Below are positions 1 to 8,520 of a stretch of 64,000 nucleotides of DNA, piece by piece. The first letter of the stretch is position 1; the number at the start of each line of letters is the position of its first letter. The position numbers and the translations under genes are program-made. Location: contig OY760937.1 in NCBI GenBank assembly GCA_963664225.1, positions 2,048,001-2,112,000 on the forward strand, in the 5' to 3' direction. Below the pieces are notes generated by a model. That model had not been told where the DNA came from and ran no database searches. It saw only the letters and a program-made list of their open reading frames with translations. The stretch comes from Verrucomicrobiia bacterium (lineage in GTDB: Bacteria > Verrucomicrobiota > Verrucomicrobiia > Limisphaerales > UBA1319).

Positions 1-666
1 ATACAGGCCGCGACAATCATGGTTGCCGCGCGAGAACAAGACCGGCGGACCCTCGGATAAATTCACACCGGCGGGATGCACGTAGAGTCCCGGAATGACA
101 CTGGATTTTTCGATGTTATTGCTGGCATCGCCATTCCAGATCAGGAAATCGGCCGGTTCGGAACGGGTGAAACTGTGGAGCTTGCGAATGGTTTCCGCGC
201 GATCGTGCGTGTCGTTCCAAACGGCAAATTTGGTTTCCGCCGCAGCAGGATCCAAGGTGCGGAAGGAATAAACGGGCGAGATCTCCGGGTCGCCGCCGCT
301 CAGGAGAACGGTGACCGTGCGCCACCAATAACGCACGCCGGGTGTCAATCCACGCAGTTTCACCTTGATAACCCGCTCGCCGTTTGGCACGAAGCCAAAC
401 GGGTCCGAACGATATACCTGGCCCAGATCGGGGCTTTCACCATATTCCACCACGCCGCGAGCCGGGGTGTTGAGCGTCCAAACGATGGTGGCTCCGGTTG
501 CTGTTGGCGCATAAACGGCCGGCGTGCCATCCGTCAACCGCGTGGTGGAAATCCCCCCGCTTTGGTTGGTTGTGTTGGTGGTGCTGTCGGCTTTCAGTGA
601 GGATTCTGCCGTGACGGCGGCAGCGCTTGCGACACCCAGTGTGGCCAGGAATTTTCTGCGATTCAT
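1..666 (-). CDS. Tat-exported metallophosphoesterase (purple acid phosphatase-like, FN3-like N domain); 3' end runs off the window
   Basis: Not in the ORF track. Manual translation from ATG at 666 gives MNRRKFLATLGVASAAA (twin-Arg signal), then calcineurin-like motifs WNDTH, WNGD, RGNHD. Open to position 1. Confidence 0.85.
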   Translation of the reverse strand, partial: MNRRKFLATLGVASAAAVTAESSLKADSTTNTTNQSGGISTTRLTDGTPAVYAPTATGATIVWTLNTPARGVVEYGESPDLGQVYRSDPFGFVPNGERVIKVKLRGLTPGVRYWWRTVTVLLSGGDPEISPVYSFRTLDPAAAETKFAVWNDTHDRAETIRKLHSFTRSEPADFLIWNGDASNNIEKSSVIPGLYVHPAGVNLSEGPPVLFSRGNHDCRGLY

Positions 667-851
667 GATGGGGGCATCAAACAACCAAAGGCCCGGGAGG
701 ATCAAGAGGTAAAATGGGCACTATCGCAGAATGGCGAATGACAAATATCTTCTGAAATGAGGAGAAGGGATATTAAAGGCGTGTGAATATATAGTTCTTG
801 ACGAATCCATGCCGTAAAGGATCACAGGCGTCTGACTTAAAAGAAAAATCT

Positions 852-889
852 CCCTCACCCTGACCCTCTCCCTCTGCCGAGGGAGAGGG
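852..889. repeat. REP-like hairpin (CCCTCACCCTGACCCTCTCCC...GGGAGAGGG)
   Basis: CCCTCTCCC/GGGAGAGGG inverted repeat; a related degenerate copy lies at about 4464-4500. Confidence 0.6.
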
Positions 890-1029
890 AATAGCATTTC
901 CCGCGCGGGAACGATGCGAAAACGCAACACTCATGAAAACGGACTGATTTATTGGTCATTTCATCATTGCGGAAGAATTGTGTCCTGCGCCCAACGCAGG
1001 GCGGAACCAACGCACAAACTCCAGCCCCG

Positions 1030-2229
1030 TCAAACGGTCTGGCCACGGGGACCGGAAGGAACCATGAGCGATCGGTAGAGATCGAGCACGCGTTGGGCGG
1101 ATGCCTGCCAGGAGAATTCGCGTTTCACCCGCTCGTGCAAGGCCTGGCATTCCTGCGCGTTTAGAAGCGGGTGGTTCGCCCATTCAAGCATTGCCCCGGC
1201 GAGTTCATCCACGGAATCGGGCTTGACCAGGCGGCCGTATTTGCCGACATCGAACGCCTCGGGAATGCCGTCCAGGGCGCTGGCGATCACCGGTGTACCG
1301 CACGCAAAGGCCTCGCAGAGCACCAATCCAAAGGCCTCCGTGCCCACCTGCGGATGCACCAGGCAATTGATGGCGTTCATGGCCTTGGGCATGTCATGGC
1401 AATACGGAGTCAGCAACGCCTTGCCCCGCAAGCCGAGTTCGTCGATCGTGCCCTGGAGAATTCCCGCCATGTTTCCACGGCCAATGATCAGAAATCGCGC
1501 GTTGGGTATTTTTTCGTGGATGCGGGCGGCGGCCACCAGAAACTCCACCTGGCCCTTGCCGCGCGGCAAATCGTAGCCCCCCGCCACCGCAAACGCGTAG
1601 TGGTGCGGTTCCAATCCCCACGCCCGACGCTGATCCTCCGCGTCCGCAGGCCGGAATCGCTCGACGTCCATGCCCCCATAAATGACATGGATTTTCGAAT
1701 GATCGCCGCGCAACGGCGGACGCGAACGGCGCTCCAATTCGCGAGCATCCGGTTCATACGCGCCTGACTTGAGGATTCCGGCCACCGATTCGGAAACCGC
1801 GATCAAGGCGTCGCATTGGCCCAGTAAAAACTTACGGCTGAAGGACGAACTGGGGCTTTTGGCCAGGTGCCGCGTGAGGAATACTTTGGGCCGCCGCATG
1901 GAAAGCCGCGCGGCCAGGATGGTGGGCCAGATGTCGCGACCATGGTGGCCGTGAACGATCTGGATTTTTTCGCGCCGGATGAACCGGGCCGCTGACAAAA
2001 TGAATTTGAGCTTTGCCGGGCCTTCGTGAACAGGGGTCTCCGCCAGCGGCACGCCCAATCGTTTGAGTAATTCGGAATACTCCCTTCCCGGCGGACCGGC
2101 CACCCAGACCTTTTGCCCCAGCTCAATCAGGCCCTGGGCCAGACGCACGCATTGGTTGTCGGTGCCGCCGCCGGTGAGCATCGAGTTCAAATGCAGGATG
2201 CGCAGAGGAGATTCGATGTCTTGAGGCAT
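1030..2229 (-). CDS. Glycosyltransferase family 4 (GT-B)
   Basis: N-terminal GGG motif, HGH, and the EAFGLVLCEAFACGTPVIAS signature. Confidence 0.92.
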   Translation of the reverse strand: MPQDIESPLRILHLNSMLTGGGTDNQCVRLAQGLIELGQKVWVAGPPGREYSELLKRLGVPLAETPVHEGPAKLKFILSAARFIRREKIQIVHGHHGRDIWPTILAARLSMRRPKVFLTRHLAKSPSSSFSRKFLLGQCDALIAVSESVAGILKSGAYEPDARELERRSRPPLRGDHSKIHVIYGGMDVERFRPADAEDQRRAWGLEPHHYAFAVAGGYDLPRGKGQVEFLVAAARIHEKIPNARFLIIGRGNMAGILQGTIDELGLRGKALLTPYCHDMPKAMNAINCLVHPQVGTEAFGLVLCEAFACGTPVIASALDGIPEAFDVGKYGRLVKPDSVDELAGAMLEWANHPLLNAQECQALHERVKREFSWQASAQRVLDLYRSLMVPSGPRGQTV

Positions 2230-2231
2230 AA

Positions 2232-3428
2232 TTAATCCACCACTTTAAACGAAGCTCGTAGTGACTGCGCAAAGGCCGCGCGGGTGCATTGGGGACGGTA
2301 TTTATCCAGCGCACTCAGGAACGGCGCGGTTTCGGCGTCGGTCATCCGGGAGGCTGAGGCGATGCATTCGGCCAGCGCGGCGGCGTTGCCGGAGGGAAAG
2401 AGCAGGCCCAGATGATAATCCCGAACACGCCGACCGGTGAGTTCCTCGTCCGAGGCAATCACCATCCGGTCCGCCATCACGGCCTGAGAGAGCACGGCGC
2501 TGACGCCAAAATGTTTGATATAGGGCACCAGCACGACGTCGCAGGCGCAAAAGCAGAGTTCCTCCTCCTCCGTCGTCACGTAGCGATTGAGACTCATCAC
2601 GCGGCCCGCAGCCTCCAGGCGCTTCATTCCTGCGGCCAGTTCGGGGTCTTTGGGTTGCTGGCCCGCGCAGAGCAAAAATGCGGAACTATTCTCCTGCAGA
2701 CTGGCAAGCGCATCCACCGCCAGATGCAAACCTTTGCGCCGATAGCCGCCGCCGTAGAACAGGAACACCCGTTTATCCTCGGACAGACCGAGTCTGCGCC
2801 GCGCTTCCGCCCGGGGAATGCCGTAAGTTCGCGGGGACGGTGTGGGCAGGAACGAAAAGATTTTCCCAGCGGGTGAAGCGCTCTGTTCGGCGGCCAGAAA
2901 TTCGTCGAGCAATAAAATGCGATCGAACCAACCGCCGCGCAGCAACCGGAGAAATCCGCGTTGTTTGAGGATGCGGTTCAACGAAAGGCCAGTCGGCATC
3001 AAGACGCGCGGACGATGATAGATGAATCCCAGGCGTCCCTTCAAGACGCGGGGCGGACGGAGCCCGAAGGCGGCCCGACGGAGCAAGGCGGAGGCGATTT
3101 CATCGAAGCAGGGCATGAAGACCCGCGACGCGCCGGATTTCTCCAGGCACTGGGCGACCTGAAGCGGATCGAAACGCCCCTGCGCCAGGGCTTCCGGCGA
3201 GGCCGCAGGCATAACCGTCACGCGGTCGAGCACTTCGCCCAACTGGTCCGTGACGCGCTTGCGTGTTTCCGAGCGATCATCGATGGCCAGCGTCAGACGC
3301 ATCCCCCCCGCCAGCAAATCCTCGGTGATCATGCGCAGCCACGGAAGGTGATGGCCCTCGGTCTTCGGCTCGAAAATCAGGACATCGGGCGCGCTTGCGG
3401 ATGTGGCATTGGACGTCTCTGGATTCAT
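2232..3428 (-). CDS. Glycosyltransferase family 4-like
   Basis: GHH N-terminal motif, RKGL, DVVLVPY...SAVLSQA; tightly coupled to both neighbours. Confidence 0.85.
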   Translation of the reverse strand: MNPETSNATSASAPDVLIFEPKTEGHHLPWLRMITEDLLAGGMRLTLAIDDRSETRKRVTDQLGEVLDRVTVMPAASPEALAQGRFDPLQVAQCLEKSGASRVFMPCFDEIASALLRRAAFGLRPPRVLKGRLGFIYHRPRVLMPTGLSLNRILKQRGFLRLLRGGWFDRILLLDEFLAAEQSASPAGKIFSFLPTPSPRTYGIPRAEARRRLGLSEDKRVFLFYGGGYRRKGLHLAVDALASLQENSSAFLLCAGQQPKDPELAAGMKRLEAAGRVMSLNRYVTTEEEELCFCACDVVLVPYIKHFGVSAVLSQAVMADRMVIASDEELTGRRVRDYHLGLLFPSGNAAALAECIASASRMTDAETAPFLSALDKYRPQCTRAAFAQSLRASFKVVD

Positions 3429-4279
3429 GATCGCTTCCGTCGATTTTCCTCAGCCTCCATCACGCGCACGTAACGCAAGAAGGTGTAGAATGCGGTCATC
3501 CAGGCAATGCTCAGACCGGGCCAGCCATCCAGGAATCCAAGTCGAATGAAGTAGGCGCGAAGAAACCGCCAGATCGGTCGAATGGTCAGGTCCAACCAGC
3601 CAGCCCGGCGTCCGGTCTTCTCGCTGAGCTTCACAAAATCATCCGCGTAGGCCACGGTTTTGGAGATTTGCTGGTTGATGCTCTCCATCGGGTAGTGATT
3701 CAGGTCCGCGCGCAACTTGCCAATGGGGCCATCGATCTGCACCTGGGGATGCGGATCGGCGCCGACCCAGCGGCCCTGACCACGACGCCACAAACGCAGA
3801 CAGCGATCGGGATACCAGTCCCCGTGGCGAATCCAGCGTCCACAATAGAAGCTGCAGCGCGGGACGCTGAAAGCGGTGGGAGCCTTGGATTCGGGATTCG
3901 CGGCGGACGAGTCAATGGTTGCGAGAATCTCGTCACGCAGGGCTTCTGAGACTTCTTCGTCCGCATCCAGCCCAAAGACCCAATCCTGAGTGGCCTTTTC
4001 AAGGGAGGAGTTCTTTTGCTTTTGAAAACCCTGCCAGGGCTCGCGGAAGACTTTCGCACCATACTGGAGGGCGATTTTCTCGGTGCCATCGCGGGCGTCG
4101 GCATTGAGCACGATGATGATCTCGCGGGCCCATCCCGCCACGCTGGCCAGCGCGCGCCCGATGCGCCGCTCCTCCTCGCCGGAGATGATGCACACGGAAA
4201 TCGGGGCTGAACCATCCGGACGGCCCGGAAGGCTTTTCGCGTCGATGCCGCTCTGGTTGCGTTGTGGACTTTCTGTCAT
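3425..4279 (-). CDS. Glycosyltransferase family 2 (WaaE/KdtX-like LPS glucosyltransferase)
   Basis: ISVCII, DWVFGLDADE, WIRHGDWYPD, GFLDGWPG motifs. Confidence 0.9.
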   Translation of the reverse strand: MTESPQRNQSGIDAKSLPGRPDGSAPISVCIISGEEERRIGRALASVAGWAREIIIVLNADARDGTEKIALQYGAKVFREPWQGFQKQKNSSLEKATQDWVFGLDADEEVSEALRDEILATIDSSAANPESKAPTAFSVPRCSFYCGRWIRHGDWYPDRCLRLWRRGQGRWVGADPHPQVQIDGPIGKLRADLNHYPMESINQQISKTVAYADDFVKLSEKTGRRAGWLDLTIRPIWRFLRAYFIRLGFLDGWPGLSIAWMTAFYTFLRYVRVMEAEENRRKRS

Positions 4280-4359
4280 TTACCCTTTGCCAAGCTTTAT
4301 CCAATCCCAATGAATGCACTATAGGCCAACAGGAGTCCAAGTCAGTCCGAAAATTAGAT

Positions 4360-4945
4360 GGAGTGAGGAAAATGGGGAATGGGGGAAGAATGGAAAATGG
4401 ATAATTGAGGGATGAGTGGATAATGGATACTTGACAATTGACAATTTACCGGCATCAACGCACGCCCTCATCCCGACCTTCTCCCCCAGGAGAAGGAGGA
4501 GTTACGCACGTTGCGGGTTTAATTGGGTGATTTGGAAAGTGCCGACGCGTGGGGTTAGTTGATGGAAGAATGGATAATGGAATGAAACCGCTGATCCACA
4601 CTAATCCGCGCCGATAAGTTGGGAAAGGGGACTTTGAATTTCGAGAGATGCGCGATTTACAGTGGCTCCGGGATGCGATGCGATGAGGTGAGGCGGATGA
4701 AGGAAGGGAATGAATCATTTTAATGCCGTCGACAATGCGGAAGCTCCACCGGCTGAAGCCGGGACTCCAAACCAAGGAGGCAACGGGACATTGGAAAGGG
4801 TCTGCGATTCCCGGCGGGATTGTGAGTTTGAGACGGTTTGCAGATTGGAAATCTGCGAAACGGCAGCTTAGGCAAGCTGCGCTACGGCGGGGAGGCTGAG
4901 ATGCGGCTGAAGCCGGGACTCCAAACCTGGCGCGCTACGCTGGAA
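4360..4945. repeat. Intergenic mosaic of REP-like repeats
   Basis: Exact 24-bp direct repeat CGGCTGAAGCCGGGACTCCAAACC at 4750-4773 and 4904-4927. Double hairpin at 4840-4885 (GCAGATT/AATCTGC, GCAGCTT/AAGCTGC) beginning GTAG on the minus strand. Degenerate 7-mer run (AATGGAT/AATTGAC) at about 4370-4446. Confidence 0.7.
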
Positions 4946-5075
4946 ACCTGGCCGTCGGCATGAAACGTTCACGAGTCATAAATGGGGACACGTTAAGCCG
5001 GTGTGGAGACGGGCGCGGTGGAGGACGAGTTCAAACTTGCCGACGGGTTTTAAAATGGGTCACACTGGAGGCATC

Positions 5076-6323
5076 ATGTATTCAACACTGCGACGGTGGT
5101 TTTCTTTTTGCCTGCTGGCCACAGGAGCCGCTCTTTGCGTCCCGAATGCCGGGGCTGAGAACTGGCCGGGCTGGCGGGGACCGCGCGGCGATGGTTCGAG
5201 TCTGGAGAAGAACATTCCCATTCACTGGGGCGCGGAAAGCAATATTCTCTGGAAAGTCGAGCTTCCGGGGAAGGGGCACGCTTCGCCGGTGGTGTGGGAG
5301 AACCGCATTTTTATCGTCACCGCCAACGAGTCCGCACAGGAACGTCTGCTCCTGTGCCTGGACCGCGATTCCGGTCAAACGCTCTGGAAACAAACGGTGC
5401 TTTCCGCCCCGCTGGAGAAGAAGAACAGCTTAAACAGCTTTGCCTCGGGCACGCCGGTCACGGATGGGAAAAAGGTGTATGCGGCCTTTCTGGACAAGGG
5501 TGAAATGTTCGTGGCCGCTTATGACATGGACGGGAAACTCCAGTGGTCCGTGCGGCCGGGGCCGTTCGCGAGCATGCACGGTTTCTGCACGTCGCCGCTT
5601 TTGTATAACGACCTGGTGATTGTGAATGGCGATCACGATGGGAACTCCTACCTGGCCGGATTATCGCGCGAGGATGGCCACACCGTCTGGAAGACGCCAC
5701 GCGAAAACCATACGCGCAGCTATTGCACGGCGCTGGTCCGGCAGATCGCCGGGCGCAATCAGATGATCCTCACGGGGGATAAATGCACGACGAGCTACGA
5801 TCCGCAGGATGGGCGCCGGTATTGGGTGATGGATGGACCGACCGAGCAGTTTGTGGCCTCGCCTGTTTATAACGAAAAGACCGGGCTGGTGCTGATCACA
5901 GGCGGATATCCCGACCACCACATCCTCGCAATCAAGCCCGATGGGACGAACAACGTGACCAAAACACACATCGCCTGGCGCACCACAAAGGGCGTGTCGT
6001 ATGTGCCCTCGCCGATTTCCGCGGAGGACTATTTCCTGGTGGTATCGGATCGCGCCCAGGCGACCTGTTTCGAGGCGGCCACGGGGACGATTTTATGGCA
6101 GGAATCGCTCGGTCAGGAGGAGCATTCCTCGCTGGTGTCCGCCAACGGGCTGGTCTATTTCCTGAACGACAACGGTGAAATGACCGTGGTGAAACCCGGA
6201 CGGGAATTCAATGTGGTGGCGCGCAACACACTGCCGGAAACGTTTTTCGCCTCCCCTGCCCTGAGCCAGGGCCGCATTTTCCTGCGCGGCGACAAGCACC
6301 TTTATTGCATTGGGATGAAATAA
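5076..6323 (+). CDS. Secreted PQQ-binding-like beta-propeller protein (BamB-like family)
   Basis: GGAGG before ATG 5076, signal peptide, ENWPGWRGP start, repeated G-x-x-x-W propeller motifs, C-terminal LYCIG. Confidence 0.9.
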   Translation: MYSTLRRWFSFCLLATGAALCVPNAGAENWPGWRGPRGDGSSLEKNIPIHWGAESNILWKVELPGKGHASPVVWENRIFIVTANESAQERLLLCLDRDSGQTLWKQTVLSAPLEKKNSLNSFASGTPVTDGKKVYAAFLDKGEMFVAAYDMDGKLQWSVRPGPFASMHGFCTSPLLYNDLVIVNGDHDGNSYLAGLSREDGHTVWKTPRENHTRSYCTALVRQIAGRNQMILTGDKCTTSYDPQDGRRYWVMDGPTEQFVASPVYNEKTGLVLITGGYPDHHILAIKPDGTNNVTKTHIAWRTTKGVSYVPSPISAEDYFLVVSDRAQATCFEAATGTILWQESLGQEEHSSLVSANGLVYFLNDNGEMTVVKPGREFNVVARNTLPETFFASPALSQGRIFLRGDKHLYCIGMK

Positions 6324-6325
6324 GG

Positions 6326-7873
6326 TTACGGCGTGGGATTGCGCCAGGCGTGGCCGCTTTGGGCGGGGAGATCGTCGGCCACAGGCGGGCCCCAGGTGCC
6401 TGCGGCGTAAAACTCGCGGTCGGTCAATGGTTTTCCGGCCCAGGCGGCGCGGATCGGGTCCACAATGCCCCAGGCGGTTTCCACAATATCGCGGCGCAGG
6501 AAGAGGGTCGAGTCCCCGGCCATTGCGTCGAGCAGCAGCCGTTCATAGGCCTCCGGTGTGTAAGCGCCGAATTCGGCGTCATAGCTGAAATTCATGCGCA
6601 CGGGGCGCAGTTGCATGCTCGCGCCGGGAATTTTTCCGTTGAACCGGATGGAGATTCCTTCATTGGGCTGCAGGCGCAGCGTCAGGGAATTCGCGTCGAG
6701 TTTCGGCCCGCATTGCGCGGCGAAGAGCACATGCGGCGTCTGGCGGAACTGCACCCGAACCTCGCTGGCGCTCAGAGGAAGATTCTTGCCTGTGCGCACA
6801 TAGAAGGGCACGCCCGCCCAGCGCCAGTTATCGATCCACAGGCGCAGGGCCACGAAAGTTTCCACGTTCGACGCGGGATTCACACGGTCCTCCTGGCGAT
6901 AGGCGGGCCGCGCCTGGCCATCGATGGTGCCTGCGGTGTATTGCCCACGGGCGACGCATTGTGCGACCTGGCTGGGATCGGGCACGCGGATGGATTTCAA
7001 GAGTTTCATCTTCTCGTCGCGAATGCTTTCCGCGCCCAATGAAACCGGAGGTTCCATGGCGACCATGGCGAGGACCTGGAGCAAATGGTTTTGCACCATG
7101 TCGCGCAGTGCGCCGGCCTCCTCGTAATACGGACCGCGCCCGCCGACGCCGAGTTTCTCGCTCAAAGTGAGTTGAACATGGTCAATCGCCTGGCGGTTCC
7201 ACAGGGGTTCAAAAATCGAATTCGAAAAGCGGAACATGAGGATGTTTTGGACCGTTTCCTTGCCCAGGTAATGGTCGATGCGATAGACCTGCGCCTCATG
7301 CGCGTGGTTTGCGAGGGTGTCATTCAAACGGCGCGCCGATTCCAGATCCTGGCCAAACGGTTTTTCCACCACGACCCGCGACCAGGAACCTGCAGGCTCC
7401 TCCTTTTGGAGCAGGCCCGGCCTGTTCAAATGGCCGATGGTTTCCTCAAACTGGGTCGGTGAAACCGCGAGGTAAAAAAGCCGGTGCTGGCGCTGCGCCT
7501 CGGTTTCCTGCCGCGCAATCTGCAGCGCCAATTTCTCATACGCGGCGGAATCGTCCAAATCCCCCTGAAAATAGGTCAAATGCTCCGCAAAAGCGGCCCA
7601 ATCGGCGGCGTCAACGGGTTTGTCCTTCGAATGCTCCGCAAGCGATTGTCGAAGTTCCTCGCGCCAGACATCGCTGGTTTTCGGCCTCCGCGCAAAACCA
7701 ATGATGCTGACCGGTTCGGGCAACTGGCCGGCCGCATGCAAATGATAGAGGGCGGGCACCAGCTTGCGGGCGGTCAGATCACCGCTGGCGCCAAGAATGA
7801 CCACCGTGCAGGACTCGGCCTTTTTCTGGCGGTCATCCAGCCGACAGACCAGCAATTCGTCCAATTGTTTCAT
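6326..7873 (-). CDS. zwf: Glucose-6-phosphate 1-dehydrogenase
   Basis: GASGDLT, EKPFG, RIDHYLGKE, RDMVQNH motifs. Start moved to ATG 7873 (GGAGA upstream). Confidence 0.97.
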   Translation of the reverse strand: MKQLDELLVCRLDDRQKKAESCTVVILGASGDLTARKLVPALYHLHAAGQLPEPVSIIGFARRPKTSDVWREELRQSLAEHSKDKPVDAADWAAFAEHLTYFQGDLDDSAAYEKLALQIARQETEAQRQHRLFYLAVSPTQFEETIGHLNRPGLLQKEEPAGSWSRVVVEKPFGQDLESARRLNDTLANHAHEAQVYRIDHYLGKETVQNILMFRFSNSIFEPLWNRQAIDHVQLTLSEKLGVGGRGPYYEEAGALRDMVQNHLLQVLAMVAMEPPVSLGAESIRDEKMKLLKSIRVPDPSQVAQCVARGQYTAGTIDGQARPAYRQEDRVNPASNVETFVALRLWIDNWRWAGVPFYVRTGKNLPLSASEVRVQFRQTPHVLFAAQCGPKLDANSLTLRLQPNEGISIRFNGKIPGASMQLRPVRMNFSYDAEFGAYTPEAYERLLLDAMAGDSTLFLRRDIVETAWGIVDPIRAAWAGKPLTDREFYAAGTWGPPVADDLPAQSGHAWRNPTP

Positions 7874-8455
7874 TGTCTCCACAGGCAATATTGTTACACA
7901 AAAAGACTTGTATGTCGAGTTGAACTGTGCTCCAATCAGGTTTCGAACACCCAAACGCATGGAGGAGCAATCAAATGGTGATTGTTAAGCCCGCTTATTC
8001 TCGAGCGTTTTATTCTGGAGGAGCGCCCGTCTGCGAACACCGGGGAAGGGGCCGGAAACACCCTGCACTTTGCCCGCCAAACCCCTGTGTGAACTCCACG
8101 CTTTTTCGTCAAATAAACCATCCCATTTTCTTTCACCCGCACACCAATTTGGGACACTCTGTTTTAAGGGGGATTTTCGCCATCAAATCCTTGTTTTTGC
8201 CCCAATCGATGTGTGCCGCGCCTGATAATGTTTCCCTTGTTGTTATGACATCCGAACGGCTCAACACCAAACAACCCATGCGATGCAACAGGTTCTGAAA
8301 ATCCCGCCTTATGAGGCGGGGTTATGTGTTCACGGCTGCCCGTCCGGGCATTTGATGGAAACGCGTTATCCGGCCCTGTCCCATTAGTGAATCGGTCACA
8401 TGGAAGCAGGACACTTTATCGTCATAATGAAGCGCATTATCGGGGCTTTTAAGGG

Positions 8456-8471
8456 TGGCACGCCATTCGCT
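8456..8471 (+). promoter_or_regulatory. Putative sigma54 (-24/-12) promoter
   Basis: TGGCACGCCATTCGCT: GG at 8457-8458, N10, GC at 8469-8470; 50 nt upstream of ATG 8521. Confidence 0.65.
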
Positions 8472-8520
8472 TAGTGATCGACGTCCAGGTTTACTAAGAT
8501 TCCTGGAGTGTTTTGGAAAA

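Noticed and set aside
76..600. Plus-strand 174-aa ORF
   Set aside because: Antisense to the motif-bearing metallophosphoesterase frame.
4750..4927. CRISPR array from the 24-bp direct repeat
   Set aside because: Only two copies 130 nt apart, the spacer is itself REP-like, and there are no cas genes.
7875..8450. Riboswitch or ncRNA upstream of the adhesin
   Set aside because: One hairpin but no aptamer consensus I can recognise; an Rfam/Infernal scan is needed to exclude it.
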